From an uncultured Magnetococcales bacterium (GTDB lineage Bacteria; Pseudomonadota; Alphaproteobacteria; UBA2136), in assembly GCA_963974105.1 (NCBI GenBank), contig CAXBBG010000005.1, forward strand, positions 62,717 to 126,716: a DNA stretch of 64,000 bases, read 5' to 3'. Both the position numbers and the translations under genes were made by a program. The notes beneath the pieces are model-generated. The model worked only from the letters and a program-made list of their open reading frames with translations, ran no database searches and was not told the DNA's origin. This document shows, one piece after another, positions 28,915 through 40,402 of this stretch. The first letter of the stretch is position 1, and each line of letters opens with the position of its first letter.

Positions 28915-30351
28915 TTATAATAAAAACAATGCAGCTAAGCCTAAGAAACTAAAGAAACCACCCACATCTGTGACCGTGGTTAAAAGCACGCCTGCTGAAA
29001 CCGCTGGATCTCTTCCCATTTTGTCAACGATAACAGGAATGACAATACCTGCTGTAGCCGCCAATAAATGGTTTATAATTGTTGCGGCACCAATCACATA
29101 CCCTAAAGCTGGGTTATCATACCAAAGAATTGTACCAGCGCTTAAAGCCAGCGCCAACAGCAAACCATTAAAACCACCCACACGAATTTCTTTCCAAAGT
29201 AGGTGTTTAGCGTTTTGCCATGTTAGCTGCTTGGTCGACAAACCACGCACGGCGATCGTCATACTCTGTGTGCCGGCGTTACCGCCCATTGAAGCCACAA
29301 TTGGCATCAACACAGCCAATGCCACTAATTCATTGATCTGTGCTTCGAAATTAGAAATAACGTACGATGCCAAAATAGCTGTTAACAAGTTAATAAGAAG
29401 CCATGGAAATCTTTTTTTAGAAGTCATCATCACAGGTGCAAATAAGTCTTGCCCTTCATCCAAACCAGCCGCACGCATAATATTGGCACCTTGCCCATCA
29501 ATCACGACATCCAAAATATCATCAATAGTAATAATACCTAGCAAGCGGTTGCCTTCACCAATCACAGCACAAGAATACATGTCATATTTTTCAAACAAGT
29601 GGGCAACTTCTTCTTTTCGCATTTCGTGTGGTACGCTCACATTATCACCACGCATCACATCGGACATTTCAGCGTCTAAATTTTTGCGTACTAAGCGAGA
29701 AAGTGAAATACTCCCCATCAAGCGGTTTTGATATTCAACCACATAAACGCGGTCAATGCGCTGCGGCAGTTTTTCACGGTTTTCACGCATGTAAGTTAAA
29801 ACATCACTCACCTTCCAGTCGCCAGAAACAGCCAAAACCTCAGTTTGCATAATACCGCCAGCGGTATTTTCGTCATAAGTTAAAAGCCCTTGGTCTTCTT
29901 GCGTTATAATACCATCAACATCTTCAGCGGCGCGGTCTTCATCGAGTGAGCGTACAAGATTCACACGGTCATCAGACTCCATATTTTCCACAGCTTCTAC
30001 AAGGTCTTCAATAGAAACAACATTTAAAGCCGCTTCTTGAGCTTCATAATGCAGCTGCGAAATTGTTTCACCTAAAAATTCTTGTGGGATATGCTCTAAG
30101 ATTTTCTCGCGTTTTTTCATCGGTAAACGCTCAATTAGGTCGGCAATATCGGCAGGGTGAAGGCTTTTTAAAATGGGGTCTAAGTCCATTAATCCCGCTT
30201 GGGTTTCTGCAGCTAAAATATCAAGACATTGTCCATACACCTCATCCGTCAAACCAGTCCCAATAGAGAACTGTTTTTGCACGTCTTCGTCATCTTCATA
30301 AATAAGATGGTCACGCATTTTTTGACTTTTTGTCTTTTTATTTTTTGCCAA
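28915..30351 (-). CDS. mgtE: magnesium transporter MgtE
   Basis: LHPADIADLIE, CBS pair, SMGGNAGTQS, DPAVSAGVLLTTVTDVGGF; TTG start. Confidence 0.95.
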   Translation of the reverse strand: MAKNKKTKSQKMRDHLIYEDDEDVQKQFSIGTGLTDEVYGQCLDILAAETQAGLMDLDPILKSLHPADIADLIERLPMKKREKILEHIPQEFLGETISQLHYEAQEAALNVVSIEDLVEAVENMESDDRVNLVRSLDEDRAAEDVDGIITQEDQGLLTYDENTAGGIMQTEVLAVSGDWKVSDVLTYMRENREKLPQRIDRVYVVEYQNRLMGSISLSRLVRKNLDAEMSDVMRGDNVSVPHEMRKEEVAHLFEKYDMYSCAVIGEGNRLLGIITIDDILDVVIDGQGANIMRAAGLDEGQDLFAPVMMTSKKRFPWLLINLLTAILASYVISNFEAQINELVALAVLMPIVASMGGNAGTQSMTIAVRGLSTKQLTWQNAKHLLWKEIRVGGFNGLLLALALSAGTILWYDNPALGYVIGAATIINHLLAATAGIVIPVIVDKMGRDPAVSAGVLLTTVTDVGGFFSFLGLAALFLL

Positions 30352-30397
30352 AGTACAAGTACCCTTAAGTATTAATTTTAATTGAGAATCAATTTAT

Positions 30398-32671
30398 TTA
30401 AACATCATTCTGCGCTTCAACCACGCTAAGCGCTGTCATATTCACAATTTGCCTTACAGAAGCCGACGTCGATAAAATATGTATAGGCTTACTCATACCC
30501 AACATAATAGGGCCCAATGTTTCTGCCGATTTTAGCGTATGCTTTAATAAGTTAAACGCAATGCTTGCCGTGTCAACATTTGGCATAATGAGAACATTTG
30601 CAGGTTCTGTTAGTTTAGCATCTGGGAATGTGCGGCGCATAATTGTCATATCTAGCGCACAGTCGGCTTGCATTTCCCCTTCTATGCTAATCTCTGGATG
30701 ATTTTTCATAACGATACGGTGCGCTTCCTGCATTTTAACGGAAGACGCATCGTGATGAGAACCAAAGCTAGAATGTGAAAGCAGTGCTACGCTTGGATTC
30801 ACACCAAAGTGTTTCACTTCTTCACAAGCCAGCGCACATTGCTCTGCAATTTGCTCGGCTGTTGGGTCGGTATTAACGTTGGTATCACCAATAAAGAAGA
30901 CACGCCCTTTATGCATAATCATCTGCAGAGCCGATATACTCTTCACACCAGGTTTTGGCGGGATAATATCTTTTGTGGCACGTAAGAATTTGTCAAATTT
31001 ACCAGTCACCCCTGCCACCATGGCATCGGCATCGCCCACACGCACCATCATAGAAGCGAGTGAAGCCCAGCGTGAACGCATGATAATTTCGGCTTCACTT
31101 TGTGAAATACCGTCGCGCATACGCAATTTATAAAACAAGTCGCTATATTCGGCATGTTTTTCATAGTTATTCGGGTCTACAAAGGTAAAGTCCACACCTT
31201 TCTTCATGGTCAGCCCCATATTTTGGATAGTGTTCATTACTTTTTCGGGGCGACCAATTAAAATTGGGTGGCAAATACCTTCGCTCACTAAAGTTTGTAC
31301 CGCACGTAAAATACGACCATCTTCTGCTTCTGGATAAACCACACGTTTCGGTTCTTTTTTTGCTGATGTGAAGATTTGACGCATCAATGAGAATGATTGA
31401 TCGACATTGCCTTTCAACATGGCAGCATAAGCCTCTAAGTCAGAAATAGGACGCTTAGATACACCGCTATCCATTGCCGCTTTTGCAACAGCAGGTGCAA
31501 CAATTGAAACCAATCGGCTGTCAAATGGTTTAGGAATAACATATTCATGGCCAAATTTAAGCGTTTGACCTTTATAAGCAACATCTAATGAAGCGTCTGC
31601 TTCGCAACGTGCTAGCGCGGCAATACCTTCAGCTGCTGCCACCTTCATTTCTGTGTTAACAGTTGTTGCACCGCAATCAAGCGCACCGCGGAACACATAA
31701 GGGAAAACCAAAACATTGTTCACTTGGTTTGGAAAGTCACTGCGTCCTGTACCAATAATGGCGTCGTCACGCACTTCTAAAACTTCATGTGGCATAATTT
31801 CAGGTGTCGGGTTCGCCATTGCAAAAATAACAGGCTTCTTCGCCATTTTTTTCACCATGTCTTTTTTCAAAACACCACCTGCACTTAAACCGTAAAAGAC
31901 ATCAGCACCTTCCATCACATCGCCAAGTGTGCGTGCATTTGTTTTTTGTGCAAACTCCACAAGGTGCTCTTGCAGGTCTGGACGACCTTCATAAACAACA
32001 CCATCAATGTCTACCAACGTAATATTTTTTTGCGGCACACCATAACCAATCAACATACGTACACAAGCAAGCCCTGCTGCCCCTGCACCACTAAAAACAA
32101 TTTTCACTTTTTCTTTTTTCTTACCTGTAAGGTGCAAACTGTTAATAAATGCGGCTAAGGCAATAATACCTGTGCCGTGCTGATCGTCATGAAAAACTGG
32201 TATATCAAGACGTTTTTGCAATTCACGTTCCACATAAAAACATTCAGGAGCTTTAATATCTTCTAAGTTAATACCACCACATGTTGGTGCGATCGCCGCA
32301 ATAATATCGACTAATTTTTTCGGGTCTTTTTCGTTTATTTCAATGTCAAAAACATCAATATCTGCAAACTTTTTAAAAAGAACAGCCTTGCCTTCCATTA
32401 CAGGCTTTGAAGCATCAGGGCCAATATCACCTAAACCTAAAACGGCTGTACCGTTGGTAACAACCATCACCAAGTTCCCTTTTGATGTAAGGTTATATGC
32501 TTGTGATACATCATTTTCTATAGCTGTACAAACAGCTGCAACGCCTGGCGTGTAAGCCAAAGAAAGGTCTTCTTGCGTCATAAGCGGTTTAGTGGCGACA
32601 ACTTCTAATTTACCTGGACGTGGCAATGAGTGATAAAGGATAGAGTCTGCGGCGTTTTTATTTTCTGGCAT
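30398..32671 (-). CDS. maeB: NADP-dependent malic enzyme with phosphotransacetylase-like C-terminal domain
   Basis: [45 protein letters not shown] domain EGEMQAD; start placed at MPENK. Confidence 0.96.
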   Translation of the reverse strand: MPENKNAADSILYHSLPRPGKLEVVATKPLMTQEDLSLAYTPGVAAVCTAIENDVSQAYNLTSKGNLVMVVTNGTAVLGLGDIGPDASKPVMEGKAVLFKKFADIDVFDIEINEKDPKKLVDIIAAIAPTCGGINLEDIKAPECFYVERELQKRLDIPVFHDDQHGTGIIALAAFINSLHLTGKKKEKVKIVFSGAGAAGLACVRMLIGYGVPQKNITLVDIDGVVYEGRPDLQEHLVEFAQKTNARTLGDVMEGADVFYGLSAGGVLKKDMVKKMAKKPVIFAMANPTPEIMPHEVLEVRDDAIIGTGRSDFPNQVNNVLVFPYVFRGALDCGATTVNTEMKVAAAEGIAALARCEADASLDVAYKGQTLKFGHEYVIPKPFDSRLVSIVAPAVAKAAMDSGVSKRPISDLEAYAAMLKGNVDQSFSLMRQIFTSAKKEPKRVVYPEAEDGRILRAVQTLVSEGICHPILIGRPEKVMNTIQNMGLTMKKGVDFTFVDPNNYEKHAEYSDLFYKLRMRDGISQSEAEIIMRSRWASLASMMVRVGDADAMVAGVTGKFDKFLRATKDIIPPKPGVKSISALQMIMHKGRVFFIGDTNVNTDPTAEQIAEQCALACEEVKHFGVNPSVALLSHSSFGSHHDASSVKMQEAHRIVMKNHPEISIEGEMQADCALDMTIMRRTFPDAKLTEPANVLIMPNVDTASIAFNLLKHTLKSAETLGPIMLGMSKPIHILSTSASVRQIVNMTALSVVEAQNDV

Positions 32672-32833
32672 TTTAAGATACTTCTTATAAAATTGAACTG
32701 TTCTTGCCATACTAAAATATACACCTCTAAATGTCACGGTTTCTAGTAAAAACATGTATTTTCTCGCTTCTATCGTGCCATGCTAGGAGGTAATTATGCA
32801 TCATTGACCGACATCGTTCGTTTAACATACACA

Positions 32834-32862
32834 TTGACAAAATTAGCGTACTTATATATACA
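32834..32862 (+). promoter_or_regulatory. putative sigma70 promoter for the ASCH gene
   Basis: TTGACA-17 nt-TATACA. Confidence 0.45.
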
Positions 32863-32938
32863 CAAAGCCGTAAGTTCTATTTTAACCTTTATTTTTCCCT
32901 AAGCTTTACCTTCACTAAATAAATAATGAGGTAGCGAC

Positions 32939-33301
32939 ATGAAAAACAACCTACTTTTAGATGACTCACTTTTTAACGGCGTTATAAACGGAAAAGTGAC
33001 CAACACTATCCGCAACGGCCACCGTGATATTAGCACCGGGCAAGATCTTGTAACAGCCAGCCATGGCACAAGATCACCACTCTGCCTAGACATACACACT
33101 GTAAAAACAACCACTTTCAAAGAAATCACTCTTGAGGATCTACAACATCAAGGCATAAAAGTGACGCCGCAAACCTTTGCCGTTGAACTATCCAAATTTT
33201 TAGAAGATATGCAACAATTTTACCCGCATATAACCACAGATGCAGAAGTGACAATCATACAATTCAAATACCTAAGCGGTGGCCAACCCCTCACCCCTTA
33301 A
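32939..33301 (+). CDS. ASCH/PUA-like domain protein
   Basis: GKVTNTIRNGHR motif, FKEIT.ED.QHQG, FYP.I...VTIIQF. Confidence 0.75.
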   Translation: MKNNLLLDDSLFNGVINGKVTNTIRNGHRDISTGQDLVTASHGTRSPLCLDIHTVKTTTFKEITLEDLQHQGIKVTPQTFAVELSKFLEDMQQFYPHITTDAEVTIIQFKYLSGGQPLTP

Positions 33302-33318
33302 CCATACAGACTATCGTT

Positions 33319-33352
33319 AAAAAAAAAGCCTCCACTTGCGGAGGCTTTTTTT
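33319..33352. terminator. bidirectional terminator
   Basis: A9-GCCTCC-ACTTGC-GGAGGC-T7. Confidence 0.85.
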
Positions 33353-33999
33353 TATTTAGTCAAATAGCTTTGTAGGCTTTGTCTTATGTCATCAGCCGTG
33401 TCTTTATGGCTAAAATGTTTAACATATCGACCATCTGGACCAATAAGGTAAATGTAACCCGAATGGTCAACCGTATAATTACCATCTTTATCTGCTGGAT
33501 GTTTTGCAAAATAAACCAAATACGCCTTAGCCATTTCTTTCATTTGAGCCTCTGTGCCTGTTAGCCCAATAAAACTTTCGTGAAAAGCGGGGACATATTC
33601 ACCCATAGTTTCAACGGTATCGCGCAATGGGTCAACCGAAGCCATAATCACCTGTAAATTAGACTGGTGCTTAGGACTTAAGCCCGTATAAACATCACTT
33701 AAAACGCTCAAAGCTGTTGGGCAAATATCAGGACAATGTGTAAAACCAAAGAAAACAAGGGAATATTTACCCTGCAAGTTATCTTCTGTAAAAGGCTGCC
33801 CTTTGTGATTCACAGCAGAAAACTCACCGCCAATATCAGGCGTACCCTCTCCCGCCACAACGGCAGCACCCGTACGCACAATACTGCTCGGATCGTAATA
33901 CGACTGTGCAATGAAATACATACCCAAAATAACAATAACCGAAACAAACGTATAACGATTCTTGTAAAACATGCCATCTCTATCTAACTTGCGTGCCAT
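33352..33999 (-). CDS. SCO1/SenC copper chaperone
   Basis: FFGFTHCPDICPT (CxxxC), VDPLRDT, YTVDHSG. Confidence 0.93.
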   Translation of the reverse strand: MARKLDRDGMFYKNRYTFVSVIVILGMYFIAQSYYDPSSIVRTGAAVVAGEGTPDIGGEFSAVNHKGQPFTEDNLQGKYSLVFFGFTHCPDICPTALSVLSDVYTGLSPKHQSNLQVIMASVDPLRDTVETMGEYVPAFHESFIGLTGTEAQMKEMAKAYLVYFAKHPADKDGNYTVDHSGYIYLIGPDGRYVKHFSHKDTADDIRQSLQSYLTK

Positions 34000-34260
34000 A
34001 ATAGTCCCCTTTAATTCTTATATAGATTTCCCAAACAACATAACACATTTCAAGCAATTATAAACCCTAAGAATATCTGAAATATCGTTTTTTTATGCTA
34101 AAAACTGGACAGATATAAAAATAAATTATAATATAAAAATTGTTAAAAAAATAACTTCAACGTTTTTTAGGCACCATGCCTATACTTCAAAGCCCTTCAA
34201 GGCATACACATTTTCCATACATTGATAGCTATATCGCTTTAACACCCGCGAGGTGAAATT

Positions 34261-34866
34261 ATGAAAAAACGTAGCATTGCAATAGCAACAATAGCTCTAG
34301 GCCTTCTGGCTCTTTCGGGCTGTAGCTCAACAAAAATGGACTCAGACACATCTAAAGCCGTCAGTTCATTTAAAAGCCACACACAAATGAAAGAAGCCTT
34401 TACCGCTCTTGAAAAACAGATAGACAGCGGTAAAAAAGTTAACCGTCAAGCGGTTCATGCCAAAGGCTTTAATCCGACGAAGACAGCAGTTAGCGTTATT
34501 AACTATATTGATATTATCGATAAGTTTACAGCCAACGGTAACGAAGTTGCCGCCGATCTTGGTGCAAAACCGCCCAAGGCTATTTTAAACTGCATTTTAA
34601 AAGGCAAAGTTTGCACAGCGTATCACGTTAATGTTACAAACACCGCCAGCATAGAAAAACCGCATGGTAGTTACGGCGCTTTGAAGTCAACATTAGACTT
34701 AGAGGAAATTCGTCACATCACTATTTGGAAGTTTTCTGTCATCATTATATTTGACGGCGAACAAGCCGTTTATGCCCAAGTCGAGGAAAGCATTGAACCC
34801 AACACAACCATCACCATTGAGAAAAACTCAGCGCTCAAGAAAATTGTGCGCGGCATCTCTAAGTAA
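34261..34866 (+). CDS. hypothetical lipoprotein
   Basis: Lipobox LSGC, GAGGTG SD, terminator at about 34877-34910. Confidence 0.75.
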   Translation: MKKRSIAIATIALGLLALSGCSSTKMDSDTSKAVSSFKSHTQMKEAFTALEKQIDSGKKVNRQAVHAKGFNPTKTAVSVINYIDIIDKFTANGNEVAADLGAKPPKAILNCILKGKVCTAYHVNVTNTASIEKPHGSYGALKSTLDLEEIRHITIWKFSVIIIFDGEQAVYAQVEESIEPNTTITIEKNSALKKIVRGISK

Positions 34867-34946
34867 TAGCGTTTATTAAAAGACCACCCACATTGGATGG
34901 TCTTTTTTTTATGGACAAACCGTGACATAAACTTTAAAAATGGCAC

Positions 34947-35645
34947 ATGACTCAATTTGCAAAAACTTCTCGGAACGCACAAGGCAACCTTATTGCCAAT
35001 GACTTTGAAGACGTGTACTTTTCACCCAAAAATGGCCTCGAAGAAACAAGGCATGTCTTTTTAAAGGGCAACCACTTACCAAGCGCGTGGGCAAATAAAG
35101 AAGAATTCACCATCATAGAAACAGGCTTTGGGACAGGGCTTAATTTTTTTGCCACCATAGACCTTTGGGAAAAGACCTCTAAAAATCACGAAAAGCAGCA
35201 ACTGCATTTTATATCCACTGAAATGTTCCCGCTAAAATTAGAAACATTTAAGGAAGCGCTCAACAATTATCCAGAGCTTAAAAAATGGCGTGATATCGTT
35301 GCTGCACACTATCCAACCCTTATTCAAAATCAAATAAACAGCGTTCAATTAAGCAAAAACATAAAACTTACACTCATGATAGGTGATGTTATGACCACGT
35401 TACCACTATGCAAAAACATTGCAGATGCTTGGTATTTAGACGGATTTGCACCCAGCCGCAACCCTCAAATGTGGAACTTAGAACTGTATAAACAAATTTT
35501 CAAACTTTCCCACAAAGGCACAACACTCGCCACATTTACAGCCGCCGCCCATGTAAGGCGCGGCCTAGCAGAGGCAGGTTTTTACATAGAGCGCATTAAA
35601 GGTTATGCCTACAAAAAGCATATGACATCAGGAAAAATCTTATAA
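34947..35645 (+). CDS. mnmD: stand-alone MnmC methyltransferase domain (tRNA mnm5s2U34 methyltransferase)
   Basis: FEDVYFS..NGLEET.HVF, ETGFGTGLNF, DAWYLDGFAPSRNPQMW, VRRGL..AGF. Confidence 0.9.
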   Translation: MTQFAKTSRNAQGNLIANDFEDVYFSPKNGLEETRHVFLKGNHLPSAWANKEEFTIIETGFGTGLNFFATIDLWEKTSKNHEKQQLHFISTEMFPLKLETFKEALNNYPELKKWRDIVAAHYPTLIQNQINSVQLSKNIKLTLMIGDVMTTLPLCKNIADAWYLDGFAPSRNPQMWNLELYKQIFKLSHKGTTLATFTAAAHVRRGLAEAGFYIERIKGYAYKKHMTSGKIL

Positions 35646-35741
35646 ACACTACATTTCCCCTTGTATTTAGCAAAAAAACACATACAATCCAAATTGAACA
35701 CAAAAACATCTTTCTTTTCTTTTTCATACAGGAGGCCGCAA

Positions 35742-36299
35742 ATGCGCGCTTTGCAAAACTTTAATAAAACCCTTTCAATAATTGTAATTTCTGCAGTTAT
35801 TACTTTAACACTTAGCATGCTAACCTACTTTATAGGGCCCAACGTCGTTACATTAACCTGTACTGGCTTTTTTGCTGTATTAGGCTTTGCCCAGCTCAGC
35901 ATCTTTTTGGAATATCAAAATGCCGGCGTTGAGTTGGTTGAAGCCCAGCTCACACAACAAGCAATTGAACAAGAGAAGGCTATTCTAAACTGGGAAGAAA
36001 CATCTGCCCAACAGATACAGACAATGTTCTATCTTAGCGCTATATCAGCCTTTTCAATTCTAGCCAGTGTCATTTTTAGTGCTGCCTATTCAGTTACACA
36101 TTTTGTTGAATCCACCCCCGTGGGGGAAACAGCGCTTTTAAGCTTTGCAAACACCTTGCCCATCTTCGCGGCTATTTGCATATTAGCCTTTATAGGTGTC
36201 ATTATCGCTTTGACAGGCAAACGCATTGCTAAAATTAAAATTAAAACGCTCACAGCTGAAACGCAAGCAGCACAATACAACAATCCCGATTTATTTTAA
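35742..36299 (+). CDS. hypothetical membrane protein (about 4 TM)
   Basis: AGGAGG SD before the ATG at 35742; hydrophobic segments; terminator at about 36322-36351. Confidence 0.72.
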   Translation: MRALQNFNKTLSIIVISAVITLTLSMLTYFIGPNVVTLTCTGFFAVLGFAQLSIFLEYQNAGVELVEAQLTQQAIEQEKAILNWEETSAQQIQTMFYLSAISAFSILASVIFSAAYSVTHFVESTPVGETALLSFANTLPIFAAICILAFIGVIIALTGKRIAKIKIKTLTAETQAAQYNNPDLF

Positions 36300-36397
36300 A
36301 ATACACTTTTAATATATAAATAAAAATGCCCTCACCCGAGGGCTTTTTTTTATTTTGTAATTTCAGGGATATTTATATTTCTTACAACTTAAAATGT

Positions 36398-36475
36398 TGA
36401 GATGTGACGCCGCATGGTAGCGCAATATGCCGAGGGTGGAGGAGGCGCAAGTTCAAATTCTATCACTGGTGACCA
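36398..36475 (+). pseudogene. degenerate tRNA (tRNA-Pro-like)
   Basis: TGAGATG TG ACGC CGCATGGTA GCGC A ... GCAAG TTCAAAT TCTAT CACTGGTGACCA keeps the D-arm TGGTAGCGCA, the T-loop TTCAAAT and a GACCA end typical of tRNA-Pro; acceptor and anticodon stems no longer pair. Confidence 0.6.
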
Positions 36476-36538
36476 TTCATTCACCACCTAAAAAAAAGGG
36501 CGCTCAACGCCCCCTTTTAATCTATATTGACACAACTA

Positions 36539-38932
36539 TTATGAAGCGTCACCATCATCATCCCCATTTAAATCACCAAAGAAATCTAGTTCTTCCGCGT
36601 CTTCAGGGATAGGCTTTGTCGCCAATTTAATCAAACGATCAATGTCACTGATAGCACCCACCTCAGACTTACTTAAATTTTCACCAGGCACTTCAGGTTT
36701 TTCATCCAATTTACTTTCGGGCACTTCAGGCGCAAAAAGTTCAATTTCTTTTGTAAAACCATGCGGTGGCAATTTACCAACTTGTGCACGGTGACCAAAC
36801 CAACGATCAATATCTTCAACCACACGGTCTTTAGCACCGCCCGTTAAACCAAGCCCTGCACGGTTATCAAAAACAACAAGGCTATCAAGCGTTTCGTTAC
36901 GCAGTTTCATTAAACGTACGCCTTTACCGCGGTTCATTTCAGAAACTTCGTCCACAGGGAAAACAAGCAAACGCTTGCTACTGCTTACAGTCGCCACCAA
37001 ATTACCTTCTACAGGCACACAATAAGCCGCCGTATCAGCCTTGGCTGATAGGTTTAAAATTTGCTTACCTGACTTCGTTTGAGACTTCAAGCCCTCAGCT
37101 TTAATTACAAAACCGTAACCACTCTTACCAGAAACAAGATAACGTTCTGCTGTTGGTGCAAACATCGCCACAATTTTATCGTCTGGCTGCAAATCAATCA
37201 TCAATTGAAGAGGCTCACCAAAACCACGCCCTGCTGGCAACTTATTCACACCTAATGTAAATATTTTACCGCTAGAGCTCATCACACAAAGACTATCAAT
37301 ACTTGTACATTTCACACGGAACGACTCAACATCACCGTCTTTATATTTAACCTCTTGTTCATCGCCAAGGTAACCCTTCATAGCACGAATCCAACCCTTG
37401 TCACTCAGAACAACGGTCATAGGTTCTTTTTCAACCATGGCTTCAAGTGGAATAATTTCAGCCGTAGGTGCCAAAGCTATTTGTGTACGGCGTTCATCTG
37501 CAAACTCTTTCTTAATGGCTTTTACTTCGTCCACCAAAACTTCCGTTTGTCGTTCTTCACTTGCTAAAATTGCTGCCAATTCACCAAGCTCTGCGCTCAA
37601 CTCGTCGTGCTCACGCTGAATTTCCATCTCTTCTAGCTTACGCAAACGACGCAAACGCATGTCCAAAATAGCATTAGCTTGAATTTCATCAATGTTAAAG
37701 CGTTCCATCATCACAGGTGCTGGCTGGTCATGGGTTTTAATAATTTCCACAACTTCATCAATGTTTAAATAAACAACGCGGTAGGCTTGCAGTAAGTGCA
37801 ATCGCGCGCGGATTTTTTCGCTGCGCCAATGGCTTTTACGTAAAAGCACTTCGCGGCGGTGCGCTAAAAACTCTAACAAACTTTCTTTAAGTGACAAGCA
37901 ACGCGGCTGCCCTGCCCCTGTTATCACATTCATGTTGAGTGAAAAACGTGTTTCTAGATCAGTGAGTTTAAACAGGTGCTCCATCAACTGCGCCGCATCA
38001 ACATTTCTGTTTTTAGGTTCAAGTACAATACGGATATTTTCGTCCGACTCGTCACGTACATCCACCAGCCAAGCCACTTTTTTCAAGTGAATTAAATCGG
38101 CTAGCTTTTCAATTAAACGTGATTTTTGAACTTGATATGGAATCTCTGTAATAACGATTTGATACTGCCCGCGATCAAATTCTTCTTTTTCCCACTTAGA
38201 ACGTAAGCGGAAACCACCCTTACCCGTTAAGTAGGCGTCTGCCATACTTTCAGGACTTTCAATCAAAATACCACCTAAAGGAAAATCAGGTCCTTTAATA
38301 TAGTTTAAGAGTGTGGCATCACGTGTTTCTGGGTTTTTAAGCAAAGCCGACATAGCCCCGCAAAGTTCGCCCACGTTATGTGGCGGAATACTTGTAGACA
38401 TACCCACCGCAATACCCGTACCACCGTTGGCAAGCAAGTTTGGGAAGCAAGACGGCATCACAACAGGTTCACTATCAGATTCGTCATAGTTATCTTGAAA
38501 ATCGACCGTGCCGTTTTCAAGATCTTTCATAATCCATGCAGCAACTTTTGTAAGCTTAGCTTCGGTATAACGCATGGCAGCCGCGCTGTCACCGTCAATA
38601 GAACCAAAGTTCCCTTGTCCGTCAACCAAAGGATAACGCAAAGAAAACTCTTGGCTTAAACGCACCATCGCATCATAAACAGACTGGTCACCATGTGGGT
38701 GATACTTACCAATCACGTCACCCACAACACGGGCTGACTTTTTATAACCTTTTTCAGGGTCTAGTTTCATCATACGCATCGCATATAAAACACGGCGGTG
38801 CACAGGTTTTAAACCATCGCGCACGTCGGGCAAGGCACGCGACATAATGGTGCTCATCGCATAAGTTAAATAACGACTACTTAGCTCATTATTAAACTCA
38901 CCCTTAAGAATTATCCCTGCTTTTGCGCTCAT
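36539..38932 (-). CDS. parC: DNA topoisomerase IV subunit A
   Basis: [41 protein letters not shown]; IPYQVQK and lack of a GyrA box favour ParC; follows recO. Confidence 0.93.
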   Translation of the reverse strand: MSAKAGIILKGEFNNELSSRYLTYAMSTIMSRALPDVRDGLKPVHRRVLYAMRMMKLDPEKGYKKSARVVGDVIGKYHPHGDQSVYDAMVRLSQEFSLRYPLVDGQGNFGSIDGDSAAAMRYTEAKLTKVAAWIMKDLENGTVDFQDNYDESDSEPVVMPSCFPNLLANGGTGIAVGMSTSIPPHNVGELCGAMSALLKNPETRDATLLNYIKGPDFPLGGILIESPESMADAYLTGKGGFRLRSKWEKEEFDRGQYQIVITEIPYQVQKSRLIEKLADLIHLKKVAWLVDVRDESDENIRIVLEPKNRNVDAAQLMEHLFKLTDLETRFSLNMNVITGAGQPRCLSLKESLLEFLAHRREVLLRKSHWRSEKIRARLHLLQAYRVVYLNIDEVVEIIKTHDQPAPVMMERFNIDEIQANAILDMRLRRLRKLEEMEIQREHDELSAELGELAAILASEERQTEVLVDEVKAIKKEFADERRTQIALAPTAEIIPLEAMVEKEPMTVVLSDKGWIRAMKGYLGDEQEVKYKDGDVESFRVKCTSIDSLCVMSSSGKIFTLGVNKLPAGRGFGEPLQLMIDLQPDDKIVAMFAPTAERYLVSGKSGYGFVIKAEGLKSQTKSGKQILNLSAKADTAAYCVPVEGNLVATVSSSKRLLVFPVDEVSEMNRGKGVRLMKLRNETLDSLVVFDNRAGLGLTGGAKDRVVEDIDRWFGHRAQVGKLPPHGFTKEIELFAPEVPESKLDEKPEVPGENLSKSEVGAISDIDRLIKLATKPIPEDAEELDFFGDLNGDDDGDAS

Positions 38933-39639
38933 ATTTCGCTAAACCCCGTTTGCTTTGCATTTTGAATTAAATCTATACGCGCCTGAAGGGGACGCCCTTC
39001 AAGTGCTACCTCTAAAAAATGCCCTGTTAATTGAAAAACGTCAAGTAAATCCTTTGATTTACCGCCAAAAATAGCGGGTAACCTTAAAATTTTATCTTTA
39101 TAGGGTGTACCAGCCATTTTTGAAACCGCCCTACCCGACTTTGGCGACACATAATAAAGCGGCGATGTATCGTTATCATGACGCACCGCTTGCGACTCGC
39201 AAAGTGACAACCCATAACCAATTGAGCTTAAAAATTGCAGCTCGTAATTACCTAAACGTTCCCACAAACCATCAAGATGGATTTCTTTTAAAAAAGTTTT
39301 TGTCGCAGCATAAAGCATTGGGTGCGATTCTTCTTCCCTTAAAGAAACTAAAAGGACTTCACATAAATATTGCAAGGCTTGCATGCGGAAAACATTGGTA
39401 AAAGCCAAAGCACTTGGGGTGTACAAAACGTCGAGCGTTAACGCGCCAAGCTGGCTTTCTAGTCTGCGCGTATGTTCAAATTCAACCACGTTGCCCAATT
39501 GTATGGCGCTTAAAATTTTATGTCCACCGCGTAAAAGACCTGAAACTTTTCCATATTCTTCGGTAAATAGGCACACCAAAAAAGTACCGCGACCTTGCGG
39601 CTTAACTTTTAAAACAACACCTTCCCCCGACATATACAT
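38929..39639 (-). CDS. recO: DNA repair protein RecO
   Basis: OB-fold N-terminus, [19 protein letters not shown]...G.PY.DK.L.LP, LTGHFL. Confidence 0.9.
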   Translation of the reverse strand: MYMSGEGVVLKVKPQGRGTFLVCLFTEEYGKVSGLLRGGHKILSAIQLGNVVEFEHTRRLESQLGALTLDVLYTPSALAFTNVFRMQALQYLCEVLLVSLREEESHPMLYAATKTFLKEIHLDGLWERLGNYELQFLSSIGYGLSLCESQAVRHDNDTSPLYYVSPKSGRAVSKMAGTPYKDKILRLPAIFGGKSKDLLDVFQLTGHFLEVALEGRPLQARIDLIQNAKQTGFSEI

Positions 39640-39713
39640 AAAATGACTATAGCATTATTATAATCTGTAAACAAAAAGAAACCCCACAAAAGTGAGGTTT
39701 CTTTCGATAAAAT

Positions 39714-40058
39714 TTAAGTATCATCTGACACATAATTTTTATAGATCCGCAATTTTGGAATAATAGCTTTCAACTCCTGTTGCAAACCATCTAAGGCCAC
39801 ATTACAAGTTTGCTGCATATACTCTTCGTCTGCAAATCTTTCTACCTTTTGAGATAATTCCAAAAAGTCTATCTCGACCATGTTTAAGTGCATCTCAAAC
39901 AAATTAAAAGTCGTCAATTCATCTATTGAAAAACGATCTTGATGCCCTTTCATAAATGCTATAACTTCATTTTTAAGAGTTATAATCTCTTTAACCTGCG
40001 CTCTCACGGCACTTACAAGCATACCGTTACGCATATACAATACGTCTACGTTATCCAT
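39714..40058 (-). CDS. hypothetical helical protein (paralog of 40058-40402)
   Basis: 114 aa; N-terminus MDNVDVLYMRNGML resembles MESIDMLYIHNNLL. Confidence 0.7.
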   Translation of the reverse strand: MDNVDVLYMRNGMLVSAVRAQVKEIITLKNEVIAFMKGHQDRFSIDELTTFNLFEMHLNMVEIDFLELSQKVERFADEEYMQQTCNVALDGLQQELKAIIPKLRIYKNYVSDDT

Positions 40059-40402
40059 TATTCTACCTCGGGTATGTATTGTGAATAGAAATTATCAAGT
40101 TTAAGTGTGATTTTATTAAGAGAATCAATAATGATGAGCAAATCTTCATAAAGATGCGTTTGAGCCTCTAAAACATCATGCATATTCAGCTCATCTTCAA
40201 GCTTAAATAACACCTTATGCAATATTTCTAAATATGCCCAAAAACGGTTTGCATCTTCTTCAATTACGTCGGTTAACAGTTCGGGGTTTTTATCTAAATA
40301 ACGGAAACAAAACCTTGTGCGTTCTTCATAAACATTTGCTTTAGAGATAAACTCTTGAGCGAGCAAATTGTTATGTATATATAACATATCTATAGATTCC
40401 AT
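40058..40402 (-). CDS. hypothetical helical protein (paralog of 39714-40058)
   Basis: 114 aa; TAATG overlap with the next gene. Confidence 0.7.
   Translation of the reverse strand: MESIDMLYIHNNLLAQEFISKANVYEERTRFCFRYLDKNPELLTDVIEEDANRFWAYLEILHKVLFKLEDELNMHDVLEAQTHLYEDLLIIIDSLNKITLKLDNFYSQYIPEVE

Noticed and set aside
28970-29731. 253-aa antisense ORF over mgtE, and similar shadow ORFs throughout the window
   Set aside because: They lie opposite well-supported genes and have no recognisable motifs or ribosome-binding sites.
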